Source of the DNA: Lentisphaerae bacterium RIFOXYA12_FULL_48_11
Lineage (GTDB): Bacteria; Verrucomicrobiota; Kiritimatiellia; UBA8416; YA12-FULL-48-11
Length of the DNA stretch: 60,477 nt
Assembly (NCBI GenBank): GCA_001804885.1
Contig: MHBM01000050.1
Coordinates: 1-60,477, forward strand
Reading direction: 5' to 3'
In this document: piece after piece, positions 9,762 to 20,196 of the stretch
Position numbering within the stretch: the stretch's first letter is position 1
Layout of the letters: every line of letters begins with the position of its first letter
Made by a program: the position numbers and the translations under genes
The notes under the pieces: model-generated
Database searches by the model: none
What the model was told of the DNA's origin: nothing
The model's input: the letters and a program-made list of their open reading frames with translations, nothing else

Positions 9762-12700
9762 ATGAATATCTTTGATCAAAATCTGGAAACACTAAGCAAA
9801 CACTACCCGTCACTTGCCGAACGCGTCCTGTCCTACCCCGACAAAGACAACCTCGTCGCCTTCGAGACCAAAGATGGCGGCCTCGCCTACGCTCTAAAGA
9901 AAGATACCGGCATCGAATACCTCACCGACCCCGTAACCCCTGTGACTCGCATCGGCAACCAACTCCAGGCCAACTCCTCCAAGCTCAGCGACTTCACCCT
10001 CCCCGTCATGGTCATCGGCACCTACCCCGGCGATGAAATCCTTTACCTATTCGATCTCTGCGAAAAGGCACCGATACCACATGCCGGACAGAAGCTTTAT
10101 GTCTGCATCGACTCCATTGCCTGTTTCTGTGCTTTCCTCCAGACAATGGATGCCCAGCGGGTAATCCAGTCAGACCGGGTAAAATTCTTCTGGCATGAAG
10201 AAGCCGAAGCGCTTGCAAACGAGTTTCGCCAGAAACCTGATCTTTCTTATCTTTTTACACTCGTGAGCGGCGCCCTGAACGGATCTGTCAACAAGGTAAT
10301 GAAGCCTTTCATCAGCCTTGTACAGGAACGTTCTGCAGAAACCCAGCGCCTCATGAGCGAAAACGAAGCCTATTACGACGCGATAAGTGATGAAGAGTTA
10401 GCAGAAGTTATTAGCAATCAGTTCTCAGTTAACAGTCAAGTATCAGGAAATGGATGCCTGAAGTCAGAGGGATGGCAAGACGCTGGCGAGCCGTTTTCAT
10501 CCCACAACACAGAACTCGAAACCCGAAACTCGAAACTTCTTAACGCCCCTACTGATAACCGATCACTGCTAACTGATAACTCCTCCACTCGTGCTCCACG
10601 TTTAATGACCTTGACCTCCTCATGGTCCACCGTTACCCAATATGGCGCACGTGATCTTTGCGAAGCCATGGAATCAGCCGGCTGGCAGACAAGGAAACTC
10701 AATGTTGACGGCACCCCGACGGCACACTATATCGCCAAGCAGATCAACGAATTTAAGCCGGATATATTTGTTTTTATCAATCATCTTCGTACCGAGTGCT
10801 CCACCCTTTTCCCTAAGAACATGATGTTTATCACGTGGGTCCAGGACACCGTCCCGCAGATAAACAATCACGAAGCCGCCGCAAAGTGGAATTCTATGGC
10901 GACAGCAAAGTTAACCACGGAGTTCACAGAGACACAGAGTAATCAGGAAAACTCTTCTTCCTCTTCCCTTTGTGACCTTAGTGGTGAAAAATCTTCTTCC
11001 CCGTCGCGGAAACGCGATCTCATCATCGGTTACGTCGGCCAACTGAAGAAATATGGCTATCTCGAAGATCGCCTTGTTGAAATGCCCATGATTGTCAACC
11101 CCAACATCTTCAAGCCCAGGGTATTGACAGAAGAGCAAAAGGCAAAATATGGTTGTGATGTAATGTTTGCATCCCGTGCAGGACAGCCATCCTATGAACG
11201 TATAGAAGAAATGCTCACCGAATGGAATGAGGGTAAAAACCTGAATTGCCCGCGTAATGCGCTGACCGATCTTCATAACCGCTTATGGGACGCGTACCGG
11301 GACGGAGAAACTTTCTGTAGCTATACAGCGGTAGAAACCTTCGCTTTAACTGTCCCTTCCTTTGCGAAATGGTATTCTGCCCGGACAGAAGAAGAACGAG
11401 ATTACCTGCAACAACAAATATTCTGGTCACTAAACGATCTGATTTACCGTCAAGCCGTAATTGAATGGCTGGACGAACTGGCCTCCGGCCAAGAAACTAA
11501 AGACGACAAACAACAGACTCCTTTTAGACAGGATGAACATGATATACACAATACCGAGTCGCCATCCGGCGACATTAACCGAAATCTTTCTGATCCTGTA
11601 AATCCCGTCAAAATATCTTCCTCCGATAACTCGAAACTCGAAACCCAGAACTCAGAACCACGTAAACGCTTACGTTTGCATTTGTACGGCGATGGCTGGA
11701 ATCGTCATCCACGTTTTGCCAGATACTGGAAAGGTGTGCTGGGACATGGCGAGGAATTGTCTATTGCCTTTCAGTGCGCCCAGCGGTGCCTGCACTTGAA
11801 CTCAATGGAAAGCGGTCATCAGCGCCTGCTTGAAATCATCGCATCAGGTGGCCACCCCCTCACCCGTACCAGCTTGCCAGCCGATTCGGACAGCTCGTTA
11901 CTCCATTCTGCTTTGCGTGTCTATGCCCAAGATTCCTCGCGTTGGCTGGAAAAGTTGCCGGAAGAAGAATGCCTCTTCATCAACGCATGGCTTTACCCAG
12001 TTATTATCCGTATGCTGAAAAATGATCCGACACAAACCAACGCACAAATTGCACAAACCCTGCATGACGACATGATCCGGAAGCTGTGGAAACATCCCGA
12101 CTGGACAGTTTCCGGTTGGAATTCACTGGTGTTTCACTCCCGAGTTGACTTGGAACAGATGTTATCGGGTCCTGTCGCCGATTGTGATATGAATACCGCC
12201 GCACAACGCCTGGGGTCCATCAACGGTCGTTACTTGGCGCATGCCATCGTCAACATCTTGGCACGGTACCTCTTGAAAAAAGAAACGGCGAATATAACAT
12301 CGGAAAATCCATGGCAAGCTTTAATTCAATACGCAAGACTGCTGTCACAACCCGACATATCAATAGATGAACTTTTGAGCGCATTCCATGCAATCAGGCA
12401 TCCACACCAGCAAATTATCTTAGATACGGTTAAACGCCTGGAAGAAAAAGGCGCAAACGAGCAGATAGTTTTACTTCTGGATAAAGTAAGTCCCGAGAAC
12501 ATGCCCAGCCGTCAACTGACTACTTACGCTAACGGTCTTGCGAATAGTGGACGGTTTGATGATACGCTTGAGATAATTGACCTTGCCTACACCAAAAACC
12601 CCAACCTCAAAGACGTACACGCCCGCATCGCTTGGAAACACTTCTGGACACAAAAAGACCATGCCAAAGTCATAGAATGGATGCTTCTTGACGACACCGC

Positions 12701-13976
12701 TAACCGGTTGTCGCCCGGTCAGCGTTTGAATTTCGCCCAGGCACTGTCTGCTCAAGGCGACATAGCCACCGCCGAAAAACATGTCGAAACCGCCTATACC
12801 GCCGACCCCAATCTCAAAGATGGTTATGCACGAATAGGCTGGCAGGCTTATTGGGATACCAAGCAATATGCAAAAGTATTCAATCTTTGCAAACGTGACA
12901 TTCAGTCCCGCCAAATTTCTCCCGGCTGGCTCATCAATGCCGCCAAAGCCGCCGCCGGGATGGGCAAGATGAATCAAGCCGACGAACTCATCGAACAGGC
13001 CTACGCTGACTCTAGTGATATCAAAAACGGTTATGCCCAGATTGGATGGCAGGCTTTCGCACCTCTCAGCGCATTTGATCGAACCCTTCCATGGTTCGAA
13101 CGTGATTTTGCGCAGAACCGACTCAATCCCACATGGCTTCTCAACTATGCGCAAGCCCTCTCAGCTTGTGGCGATTACGACAAAGCTAACGAGCTAGTCG
13201 ATCAAGCCTATGAGTCTGATCCGACTCTGAATAATGGTTATGCCCGCTGCTCTTGGATGCGGTATGTTATGGTGTCATTCGAACCAGAAAAAGCACTTGC
13301 GAGTTTCGAAAAAGACAAAACACTGGGAAAGCTGGTTGGTCAGCACAAAATCCTGCATGCCATCGTCATGGCCGCTGCAGGTGATTTCGCTACAGCCTTA
13401 TCAATGGTCAAACAAACATACGACGAACATCCGGAATGCACGGATGGTTTTTCACTCATTGGTTGGTATCACTTTGTCGTTAATCACAATGGCGCTGAAA
13501 AAGCCCTCGAGTTATTCAAGCGGGATCGGGAGGTAGGGCGACTATCTCACCAGACGCAACTTCTTGAGGCCGCCGTCCATGCCAATATTGGCAATATTTC
13601 AGAAGCAACCGATATTGTTACAAACAGTTACACCACGTCTCGGACCGTAGTTGGCGGTTATACACTTGTTGGATGTCTCAACTACTTGAGCAACCATAAC
13701 ATTTCTTTCACTCTGGAAATGCTTCAGAAGGATCGCATTTCTGGGCGAATCCAAAATGGTTTCCTGAAATATATCCATGCCTCTTTCCTGATGAAAGACG
13801 GAAACATTGCTAAAGCAGATGAGCTTCTTAAGCAAACCGCCTGTTCCGCGATCAGTGAACAGTATGCCGTGTGCTGGCTACAACGTCTAGGTTTCCAGGC
13901 ACCCGACATTGTCGATTTAATAACACCTGAACTTCACCAACAATTCCAGAAGGTATTACATTTTTCGCGTACTTAG
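9762..13976 (+). CDS. large glycosyltransferase: Maf-like N-terminus + CgeB/YkvP-like (GT-B) core + C-terminal TPR-like repeats
   Basis: MNIFDQNLETL Maf-like start; FITWVQD, CDVMFAS, LYGDGW, HQRLLEIIASGG (CgeB-like); repeated AY..DP.LKDGYARIGW units; three low-complexity in-frame insertions. Confidence 0.7.
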   Translation: MNIFDQNLETLSKHYPSLAERVLSYPDKDNLVAFETKDGGLAYALKKDTGIEYLTDPVTPVTRIGNQLQANSSKLSDFTLPVMVIGTYPGDEILYLFDLCEKAPIPHAGQKLYVCIDSIACFCAFLQTMDAQRVIQSDRVKFFWHEEAEALANEFRQKPDLSYLFTLVSGALNGSVNKVMKPFISLVQERSAETQRLMSENEAYYDAISDEELAEVISNQFSVNSQVSGNGCLKSEGWQDAGEPFSSHNTELETRNSKLLNAPTDNRSLLTDNSSTRAPRLMTLTSSWSTVTQYGARDLCEAMESAGWQTRKLNVDGTPTAHYIAKQINEFKPDIFVFINHLRTECSTLFPKNMMFITWVQDTVPQINNHEAAAKWNSMATAKLTTEFTETQSNQENSSSSSLCDLSGEKSSSPSRKRDLIIGYVGQLKKYGYLEDRLVEMPMIVNPNIFKPRVLTEEQKAKYGCDVMFASRAGQPSYERIEEMLTEWNEGKNLNCPRNALTDLHNRLWDAYRDGETFCSYTAVETFALTVPSFAKWYSARTEEERDYLQQQIFWSLNDLIYRQAVIEWLDELASGQETKDDKQQTPFRQDEHDIHNTESPSGDINRNLSDPVNPVKISSSDNSKLETQNSEPRKRLRLHLYGDGWNRHPRFARYWKGVLGHGEELSIAFQCAQRCLHLNSMESGHQRLLEIIASGGHPLTRTSLPADSDSSLLHSALRVYAQDSSRWLEKLPEEECLFINAWLYPVIIRMLKNDPTQTNAQIAQTLHDDMIRKLWKHPDWTVSGWNSLVFHSRVDLEQMLSGPVADCDMNTAAQRLGSINGRYLAHAIVNILARYLLKKETANITSENPWQALIQYARLLSQPDISIDELLSAFHAIRHPHQQIILDTVKRLEEKGANEQIVLLLDKVSPENMPSRQLTTYANGLANSGRFDDTLEIIDLAYTKNPNLKDVHARIAWKHFWTQKDHAKVIEWMLLDDTANRLSPGQRLNFAQALSAQGDIATAEKHVETAYTADPNLKDGYARIGWQAYWDTKQYAKVFNLCKRDIQSRQISPGWLINAAKAAAGMGKMNQADELIEQAYADSSDIKNGYAQIGWQAFAPLSAFDRTLPWFERDFAQNRLNPTWLLNYAQALSACGDYDKANELVDQAYESDPTLNNGYARCSWMRYVMVSFEPEKALASFEKDKTLGKLVGQHKILHAIVMAAAGDFATALSMVKQTYDEHPECTDGFSLIGWYHFVVNHNGAEKALELFKRDREVGRLSHQTQLLEAAVHANIGNISEATDIVTNSYTTSRTVVGGYTLVGCLNYLSNHNISFTLEMLQKDRISGRIQNGFLKYIHASFLMKDGNIAKADELLKQTACSAISEQYAVCWLQRLGFQAPDIVDLITPELHQQFQKVLHFSRT
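10406..10581. repeat. nested ~7-bp-period palindromic repeat element inside CDS
   Basis: AGTTATTAGCAATCAGTTCTCAGTT ... AACTCGAAACCCGAAACTCGAAACT ... ACTGATAACCGATCACTGCTAACTGATAACT. Confidence 0.65.
10913..11000. repeat. ACCACRGAG / CTYYGTG-type palindromic repeat inside CDS
   Basis: AACCACGGAGTTCACAGAGACACAGAG ... CTTTGTGACCTTAGTGGTGAAAA; same family as intergenic copies at 7840-7885, 9066-9088 and 9493-9523. Confidence 0.75.
11522..11658. repeat. GACAGGAT / ATCCTGT-type palindromic repeat plus AACTCGA-type repeats inside CDS
   Basis: TTTTAGACAGGATGAACATGAT ... ATCCTGTAAATCCCGTCAAAA ... AACTCGAAACTCGAAACCCAGAACTCAGAAC; internal hairpin GTCGCC-ATCC-GGCGAC. Confidence 0.65.
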
Positions 13977-14009
13977 CGTGTTTCGTAGTCGAACCAATAT
14001 AATTAAGTC

Positions 14010-16844
14010 ATGAATCCTGGAAACGATATAGTAACTGAACTCAAAACAGCCCTATTCAAAAACGTCTTGAATCGACACGAATTTGAAACACGATACAAGG
14101 CCGACGTCACCAACCCAGCCACTCTTGATGAACTCTGCCGTTTTGTCAAAACCCAGTATGTAACCGATATGTCTCTTAAAGACGGTTATTCACGGATTGC
14201 CATGTTACTCCTCGCCAACAATAATGCAGCGGATGCCATCAATCTCTGGGAAGATGATCGCAAACAAAACCGTATCTCCTGGTGGCAGGAATTCCGATGT
14301 GCAGAGGCAATAATGGAGCTCAAAGGTATTGAAGAATCCAGAATTCATATCGAAAGCATTTATAAACAATATCCGACCGCGACCAATGGCTTTGCATCCC
14401 TTGGCTGGCGGCTGATGGACAAGGATGCCGCTTCCGCACTCGACCTCTTCCGTGCAGATGACCAACTTGGCCATCTCACCCCGGGTTTCCGCCTCAACTA
14501 TGCCGTTGCCCTATCTCGGCAGGGTCAAACTAAAGAATCAGAAATCCAGATTGATAAGGCATATAATCTCGATGCCAACCTCAAAGATGGATTTGTGCGC
14601 GCTGCATGGGCTGCCTTCGGCTCCAGACCAAATGAACGAATCAAGGCCCTGCCTTTCTTCGAAAGAGACTTCTCAGAAATCAGGATGACTCCCGCCCACA
14701 TGCTCACTCTCGCTCAACTACGCGCTGAAAACGGCACCTTCGATTCCACTCTCCCCATCATCGAACAAGCATATAAACTCGACAGCTCTCTCAGGGACGG
14801 CTATGCGCGCGCTGCATGGGCCGCCTTCGGTTCCAAGCCAAATGAACGAATCAAGGCCCTTCCTTCCTTCGAAAAAGACTTCGCTGCACAGCGCCTTTCT
14901 CCTGCACAGATGCTCACTCTCGCTCAACTACGCGCTGAAAACGGTAACCTCGATGCGGCTCTCCCTATCATCGAACAGGCATACAATCTCGATGCCAACC
15001 TCAAGGACGGCTATGCGCGCGCTGCTTGGGCCGCATTCGGTTCCAAACCAAACGAACGTCTCAAGGCTCTTACTTTCTTCGAAAAAGATTACGCCGCAGA
15101 TCGCCTCTCACCCGCTCATATGCTTGCCCTCGTCCAATTACGGGCTCAAAACGGTAACCTCGATTCCGCTCTCCCTATCATCGAACAAGCATACAATCTC
15201 GACAGCTCTCTCAGGGACGGCTATGCGCGGGCTGCTTGGGCCGCATTCGGTTCCAACCCAAATGAACGAATCAAGGCCCTTCCTTCCTTCGAAAAAGACT
15301 TCGCTGCACAGCGCCTTTCTCCTGCACAGATGCTCACACTCGCTCAATTACTAGCTCTAAACGGTAAACTCGACTCAGCGCTCCCTATCATCGAACAAGC
15401 ATATAATCTCGACAGCTCTCTCAGGGACGGCTATGCGCGGGCTGCTTGGGCCGCATTCGCCTCAAAACCTGAACAACATTTACAGGCTCTGCCTTACTTC
15501 GAAAAAGACTACGCCGCAGAAAAACTTTCTCCAGCCCACATGCTCACCCTCGCTCAACTACGCGCTGAAAACGGCAACTTCGATTCCACTCTCCCTATCA
15601 TCGATAAGGCATACAATCTCGATGCCAACCTCAAGGATGGCCTCAGTCGTATCGCTGGTGAGTTGATCAAGACTGGCGACCGGGAAAAGGCTTTAGTTTT
15701 ACTTCTGGATGACTTCCATACTGCCCACCAATCACCTGGATGGATGATACGCACGGCAACGATCTTGAGTGAAACAGGAGACATACAGAAAGCTCAAGCA
15801 ATAGTAGCAAAAGCTTATCAGATAGACCCCACGTTAAAGGACGGCTATACAGGTCTTATAGCGGCATCCCGAACAGGGTGCCCGATAGACACAGCAAATC
15901 AATTTTTACCAAAACACATTCTGCAACTGGTTGACATGGATCTCCGCCAAAAGCGACTCTCTCCAAAAGGCCGCCAGACGGCCCTCCATGTCCTGCGCCA
16001 GAATACTATGGTCGCTGCTGAAATTGCTCTGGCAGAAGAGCGATATAGCATGGATCTAGCCTCTCAATGGAACCACCTAGAGTCACTAACAAGAAGCGGA
16101 CAGAAAGTTGAAGAAAGAATCCCCATCCTAAACGCCAAATTGAAAATCGTTCAGGCAAGCGACATTCTTGTGCAATTTCGTGAAATTATCCTTCATGAGC
16201 AGTATCGCTTTGAAACGACGACCGCCGAACCAGTAATCATTGATGGGGGTGCTGATGCTGGCGTATCTATCGCTTATTTTAAGTGGCGTTACCCAACCAG
16301 TCACATTATTGCTTTTGAACCTAATCCCGCGATGTTTAAAATCTGCCAATCCAACATCCAGTACAACGGTTGGACCAATGTTACTCTTCTACCCTATGCC
16401 CTTTCGGATACTGACGGAGATGCTCAATTTAATGTCGTTGAGTCCATGCCCATGGCGTCCACACTCACCGATCGGCTTCCCAACTCAGTCGCCGTTGAAG
16501 ACATTCAGTCCATGGTGGTTCAAACAAGACGACTAAGTTCTTTCTTAAACGCCGAAGTGGATTTTATGAAGCTTGATATCGAAGGAATGGAAAGAAAGGT
16601 AATAGATGAACTGGGAATCCGTATTCGCCTGGTAAGATCCGGGTTCATCGAATACCATTATGATCCGCATAGCAGAGAAAATTCCCTGGTCAATCTTCTG
16701 CACTGTTTGGACCAAAACGACTATTTTTATGCGATGACCGATCAGCCAGGACGAGCTTTGAATGCAGTAAAGTACGCTGGAGATGTAAATGCATGTCAAA
16801 ACTGGTCGTGCGGAATATTTATTACAAGGAGATGTCTACTGTGA
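14010..16844 (+). CDS. TPR-like repeat protein fused to an FkbM-family methyltransferase
   Basis: 70-aa tandem repeats followed by IIDGGADAG, IAFEPNP and DFMKLDIEG motifs. Confidence 0.85.
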   Translation: MNPGNDIVTELKTALFKNVLNRHEFETRYKADVTNPATLDELCRFVKTQYVTDMSLKDGYSRIAMLLLANNNAADAINLWEDDRKQNRISWWQEFRCAEAIMELKGIEESRIHIESIYKQYPTATNGFASLGWRLMDKDAASALDLFRADDQLGHLTPGFRLNYAVALSRQGQTKESEIQIDKAYNLDANLKDGFVRAAWAAFGSRPNERIKALPFFERDFSEIRMTPAHMLTLAQLRAENGTFDSTLPIIEQAYKLDSSLRDGYARAAWAAFGSKPNERIKALPSFEKDFAAQRLSPAQMLTLAQLRAENGNLDAALPIIEQAYNLDANLKDGYARAAWAAFGSKPNERLKALTFFEKDYAADRLSPAHMLALVQLRAQNGNLDSALPIIEQAYNLDSSLRDGYARAAWAAFGSNPNERIKALPSFEKDFAAQRLSPAQMLTLAQLLALNGKLDSALPIIEQAYNLDSSLRDGYARAAWAAFASKPEQHLQALPYFEKDYAAEKLSPAHMLTLAQLRAENGNFDSTLPIIDKAYNLDANLKDGLSRIAGELIKTGDREKALVLLLDDFHTAHQSPGWMIRTATILSETGDIQKAQAIVAKAYQIDPTLKDGYTGLIAASRTGCPIDTANQFLPKHILQLVDMDLRQKRLSPKGRQTALHVLRQNTMVAAEIALAEERYSMDLASQWNHLESLTRSGQKVEERIPILNAKLKIVQASDILVQFREIILHEQYRFETTTAEPVIIDGGADAGVSIAYFKWRYPTSHIIAFEPNPAMFKICQSNIQYNGWTNVTLLPYALSDTDGDAQFNVVESMPMASTLTDRLPNSVAVEDIQSMVVQTRRLSSFLNAEVDFMKLDIEGMERKVIDELGIRIRLVRSGFIEYHYDPHSRENSLVNLLHCLDQNDYFYAMTDQPGRALNAVKYAGDVNACQNWSCGIFITRRCLL
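14553..15642 (+). repeat. 210-bp intragenic tandem repeat (five full units plus a partial sixth)
   Basis: Unit starts at 14553, 14763, 14973, 15183, 15393 and 15603; units 2 and 4 share long identical stretches. Confidence 0.95.
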
Positions 16845-17581
16845 ACGTTTTAGATTTAAATCGTACCTTAGAAGACCGGATTCCTAAGTCAAGCACGTAC
16901 ACCATAGATTCCACAGTATATCCTGCAGACCGCGAGGAAAGGATGATCAGACATTTAGATGATTTCTTCTGGAAGAGTTTTTTTTATCTGCGAATGAACA
17001 AAATCGATGGAGACTATCTTGAATTCGGATGCGGAAGTAATATTCGATCATTCAGACTGGCTGCAAAGTACAAAGCATTAGAATACCCTGTACCTCGACT
17101 GTTCGCTTTCGACTCATTCCTAGGACTGCCCGAGCCAAAGGGTATTGATGTGCATCCACATTGGAAAAAGGGAAGCATGGCCGTATCACTCGAAGAGTTC
17201 AGAGCCGTCATGAAACACCAAGGACTGGCCGATAAAGACTATCACCCATTTGAAGGTTTTTTCGATCAAACTTTGAGGAACCATAGTCCTGCTGAATATG
17301 GCATACACCGGGCTGCAATGGTTTTTATCGACTGCGATCTGTATGAATCAACATTGGATGTGTTGAACTTCGTACGAGATATCCTTATTCCTGGAGGAAT
17401 TCTTGCGTTTGACGACTGGTACTGTTTTTCAGGGGCACCTGACCGAGGAGAACAAAGAGCTTTCCACGAATTCAGGACTGTTTTAAAAGATGTTACCTTC
17501 ATCGACTACATGACCTTTGGCTGGCATGGACGTTCATTTATAACTCACATACAACAGACTTCACAAGGAGGTCACATATGA
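16841..17581 (+). CDS. TylF/MycF/NovP-family O-methyltransferase
   Basis: GDYLEFGC, LFAFDSFLGLP, FIDCDLYEST, GGILAFDDW; GTGA overlap with the upstream stop and AAGGAG RBS. Confidence 0.85.
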   Translation: MNVLDLNRTLEDRIPKSSTYTIDSTVYPADREERMIRHLDDFFWKSFFYLRMNKIDGDYLEFGCGSNIRSFRLAAKYKALEYPVPRLFAFDSFLGLPEPKGIDVHPHWKKGSMAVSLEEFRAVMKHQGLADKDYHPFEGFFDQTLRNHSPAEYGIHRAAMVFIDCDLYESTLDVLNFVRDILIPGGILAFDDWYCFSGAPDRGEQRAFHEFRTVLKDVTFIDYMTFGWHGRSFITHIQQTSQGGHI

Positions 17582-17682
17582 GGGAATTAATTCAGATACG
17601 AATTAAGTGTAACAGTAAATATGACCGTTTACTACATCTTTGATAACAAGAGGTAATGAACTAACAAAATCAGGAGTACGCG

Positions 17683-19017
17683 TTGATGCCGTTACATGAT
17701 CAAAACGAAATAGCAGCAATGGAGTGGATACAGAATCAGGTCTATGCATTATTTAAATCTCAGATTGAAACACTACCAAAAGGCTTTCGAGTAGCCATTG
17801 CAGGTGCAAACATACCCGGTCTTATAATCCTCCAATTATGCAAAACCAATAACATCCAGGTTGAAACCTTTTTTGATGATTACAAATCTGAGAAATATCA
17901 CGGAATACAAGTGGCGCCGTTCTCTACCATACCACATTTCCAACTTGACGCCGTAATTCTTGCTACCATTCGAAACGAAAAAGTGCTGCATAATAGATTA
18001 GTGCAATCAGGATATGTCGGTTATGTAATTAGTCGAAGACAAGATAACGCAACACCCTCGCAACACTCACTCCCAATGTCCAAGTCCGCCAAACCATTAA
18101 ATGGTTTACCAGGCAGAGACTGGCCTCTAAATGTGCAACTCCAGACATCCAGCGTCTGCAATGCACGCTGCATAATGTGCCCATACCAAAACTCCTGGCA
18201 CAAAAAACAACCTGGTATTATGAGTCACTCCCTCTTCGAAAAAATCATCACAGATATGGAACACTACAGAATTGGGAAGTTATGCCTGTATCTCCAGAAC
18301 GAGCCTCTCGCGGACAGGCGATGGCTTGACTTTGCAAAAACCGCTATTTCACGACTTAATTTTCAGCGCCTGGAAATCTCCACAAACTGCTCCCTCCTTG
18401 ATCAATCCAAAACCGATCAACTTTTTGACATCTTGCAAGGTATTCCTCATGAGGTATGGATCAGTTTCCATGGGTCTGATAAAAAGAACTACGAAAACAT
18501 CATGGGACTGAATTTTGATACAGTTGTAAGGAACATGGCATATTTCATAAAACAATCTCAAGAACGGAACGTTTCAGTCCGAGTGCATGCATGCGGAACA
18601 CCAGCTCGCAAAGATAAAGGGATACAGGAACTTGTCAATCGGGATGACTTCTTTGCATTCCTGAAACGATTCACCTCGGATCACGGCTTAAGCGAGTTCC
18701 CAAAGGCTTTTTTCCCTTTTCATGATAGAGCCGGCCACCTAGAGAAAAAAGATTTGTGTCTCGAATTCGTCCGCGAGAACCTGCGAAATTTCTATTGTCA
18801 TCGTATCGATACATGGATTCACATTCTTTACAATGGCGATGTAATCTCCTGTTGTAACGATTACCACCGGTCAACCGTTATGGGTAATTTGGAACAGGAG
18901 ACATTGATTGAGTTCTTTCGCTCCAAACCGTACACAGATTTCAGGGCTCAAGCACTTGGATTGACGGATTCTCCACCTGATTTCATCTGTAAACACTGTG
19001 CGGTCATAGGTGGCTAA
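17683..19017 (+). CDS. radical SAM/SPASM protein with N-terminal Rossmann-like module
   Basis: CNARCIMC (CxxxCxxC), NEPL, STNCSLL, NGDVISCCND and C-terminal CKHC. Confidence 0.85.
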   Translation: MMPLHDQNEIAAMEWIQNQVYALFKSQIETLPKGFRVAIAGANIPGLIILQLCKTNNIQVETFFDDYKSEKYHGIQVAPFSTIPHFQLDAVILATIRNEKVLHNRLVQSGYVGYVISRRQDNATPSQHSLPMSKSAKPLNGLPGRDWPLNVQLQTSSVCNARCIMCPYQNSWHKKQPGIMSHSLFEKIITDMEHYRIGKLCLYLQNEPLADRRWLDFAKTAISRLNFQRLEISTNCSLLDQSKTDQLFDILQGIPHEVWISFHGSDKKNYENIMGLNFDTVVRNMAYFIKQSQERNVSVRVHACGTPARKDKGIQELVNRDDFFAFLKRFTSDHGLSEFPKAFFPFHDRAGHLEKKDLCLEFVRENLRNFYCHRIDTWIHILYNGDVISCCNDYHRSTVMGNLEQETLIEFFRSKPYTDFRAQALGLTDSPPDFICKHCAVIGG

Positions 19018-20179
19018 AAGTGCTCATCTCACTACAGCTCAACAATCAAAGGAGAACAGTATTATGATAGAATCAAACGACTACAACAAGATTTCATGTG
19101 CCATACAATTTCTGTTGTCTCAGAAACGCTCTTATGCCATTTACGGCATGGGGAAATATACGCAATCACTAATAAAATGCTTGAAAGCTTTGAAGATTTC
19201 TTTTCCTGAATTCATTTTCGACGACAAACCCACAATCAATCTCCTCGAATCAATTCCTGTTTTCGACTCACGATCGGCACCCCTTGACAAAGTAGATGAA
19301 ATCATTCTTGGTTCTGACAAGCATCAAGAGGAAATGTATCGACGAATGCAAGAAATGTTACCAGGAAACCGCAAATGCATTGATCTGGCCACATTCCAGC
19401 TTAAATCGAATCAAACAACCACATCACCGAGCCCAAAACCAGGCCCGGGAAATATAAATTTTACCCTGCATAAGGACAATTTGAAACACTTTCATAATGC
19501 CCACGCAGGACAGCGGGCTTTTGTTGTCGGCAACGGGCCATCACTTCGTTCCATAGCCATCGAGAAACTCAAAAGCGAAATCACTTTAGGTTGCAACAGA
19601 GTCTTCCAGGGGTTTCCGATGTGGGGGTTTCACTTTAAGTATTGGACGGTCCTCGATGAAACGAACATACGACAGTCGGCAGAAGAGTACATGAGAGAAC
19701 TTCCCGACGATATGATCAAATTCATCCCCATACGTTTCTTGGACTATTTCGATCTTTCGCGTTTTCAGAATTGTCATCCGATTAACATAGCCTTCAACCC
19801 CAAACCTTTTCCAAGAATGTCCATTAGTCCAGAAATCGTCTATGACGGATGGTGTGCCGTATACTCGTTGATTCAACTGGCCATTATAATGGGTTGTCGA
19901 CCAATTTATCTTCTGGGCGTAGACTACAGATACGACATCAAGCCCAGTGAGATTGTTAATAAGCGATGGTCATCTACAGAAGGTCGCAATCATTTTATCA
20001 AGGATTACTGTAAAGCCGACAAGGGCCTAGTCTGGAATCTCCCATCCTTCGAACAAACCGATAAGGCTTTTGCATTGATGAAACACTGGAACGACAAGAA
20101 TGGACAAATCATCATGAATGCAACCCCGGGATCTGCATTGGAGGCGTTCCCTCGTACTGACTATAACTCTCTCTTTTGA
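19010..20179 (+). CDS. DUF115 / CstII-like putative sugar-acid transferase with N-terminal Rossmann-like module
   Basis: FVVGNGPSL, LGCNR, GCRPIYLLGVDY, NHF, NATPGSALEAFP. An alternative start is ATG 19064. Confidence 0.75.
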   Translation: MAKSAHLTTAQQSKENSIMIESNDYNKISCAIQFLLSQKRSYAIYGMGKYTQSLIKCLKALKISFPEFIFDDKPTINLLESIPVFDSRSAPLDKVDEIILGSDKHQEEMYRRMQEMLPGNRKCIDLATFQLKSNQTTTSPSPKPGPGNINFTLHKDNLKHFHNAHAGQRAFVVGNGPSLRSIAIEKLKSEITLGCNRVFQGFPMWGFHFKYWTVLDETNIRQSAEEYMRELPDDMIKFIPIRFLDYFDLSRFQNCHPINIAFNPKPFPRMSISPEIVYDGWCAVYSLIQLAIIMGCRPIYLLGVDYRYDIKPSEIVNKRWSSTEGRNHFIKDYCKADKGLVWNLPSFEQTDKAFALMKHWNDKNGQIIMNATPGSALEAFPRTDYNSLF

Positions 20180-20196
20180 GAGGAGAACATTACAAC

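Noticed and set aside
12471-13154. 227-aa minus-strand ORF
   Set aside because: Antisense shadow of the TPR region of a well-supported gene; no motif.
14553-15642. Regular repeats as a CRISPR array
   Set aside because: The units are 210-bp contiguous in-frame coding repeats with no unique spacers, and there are no cas genes.
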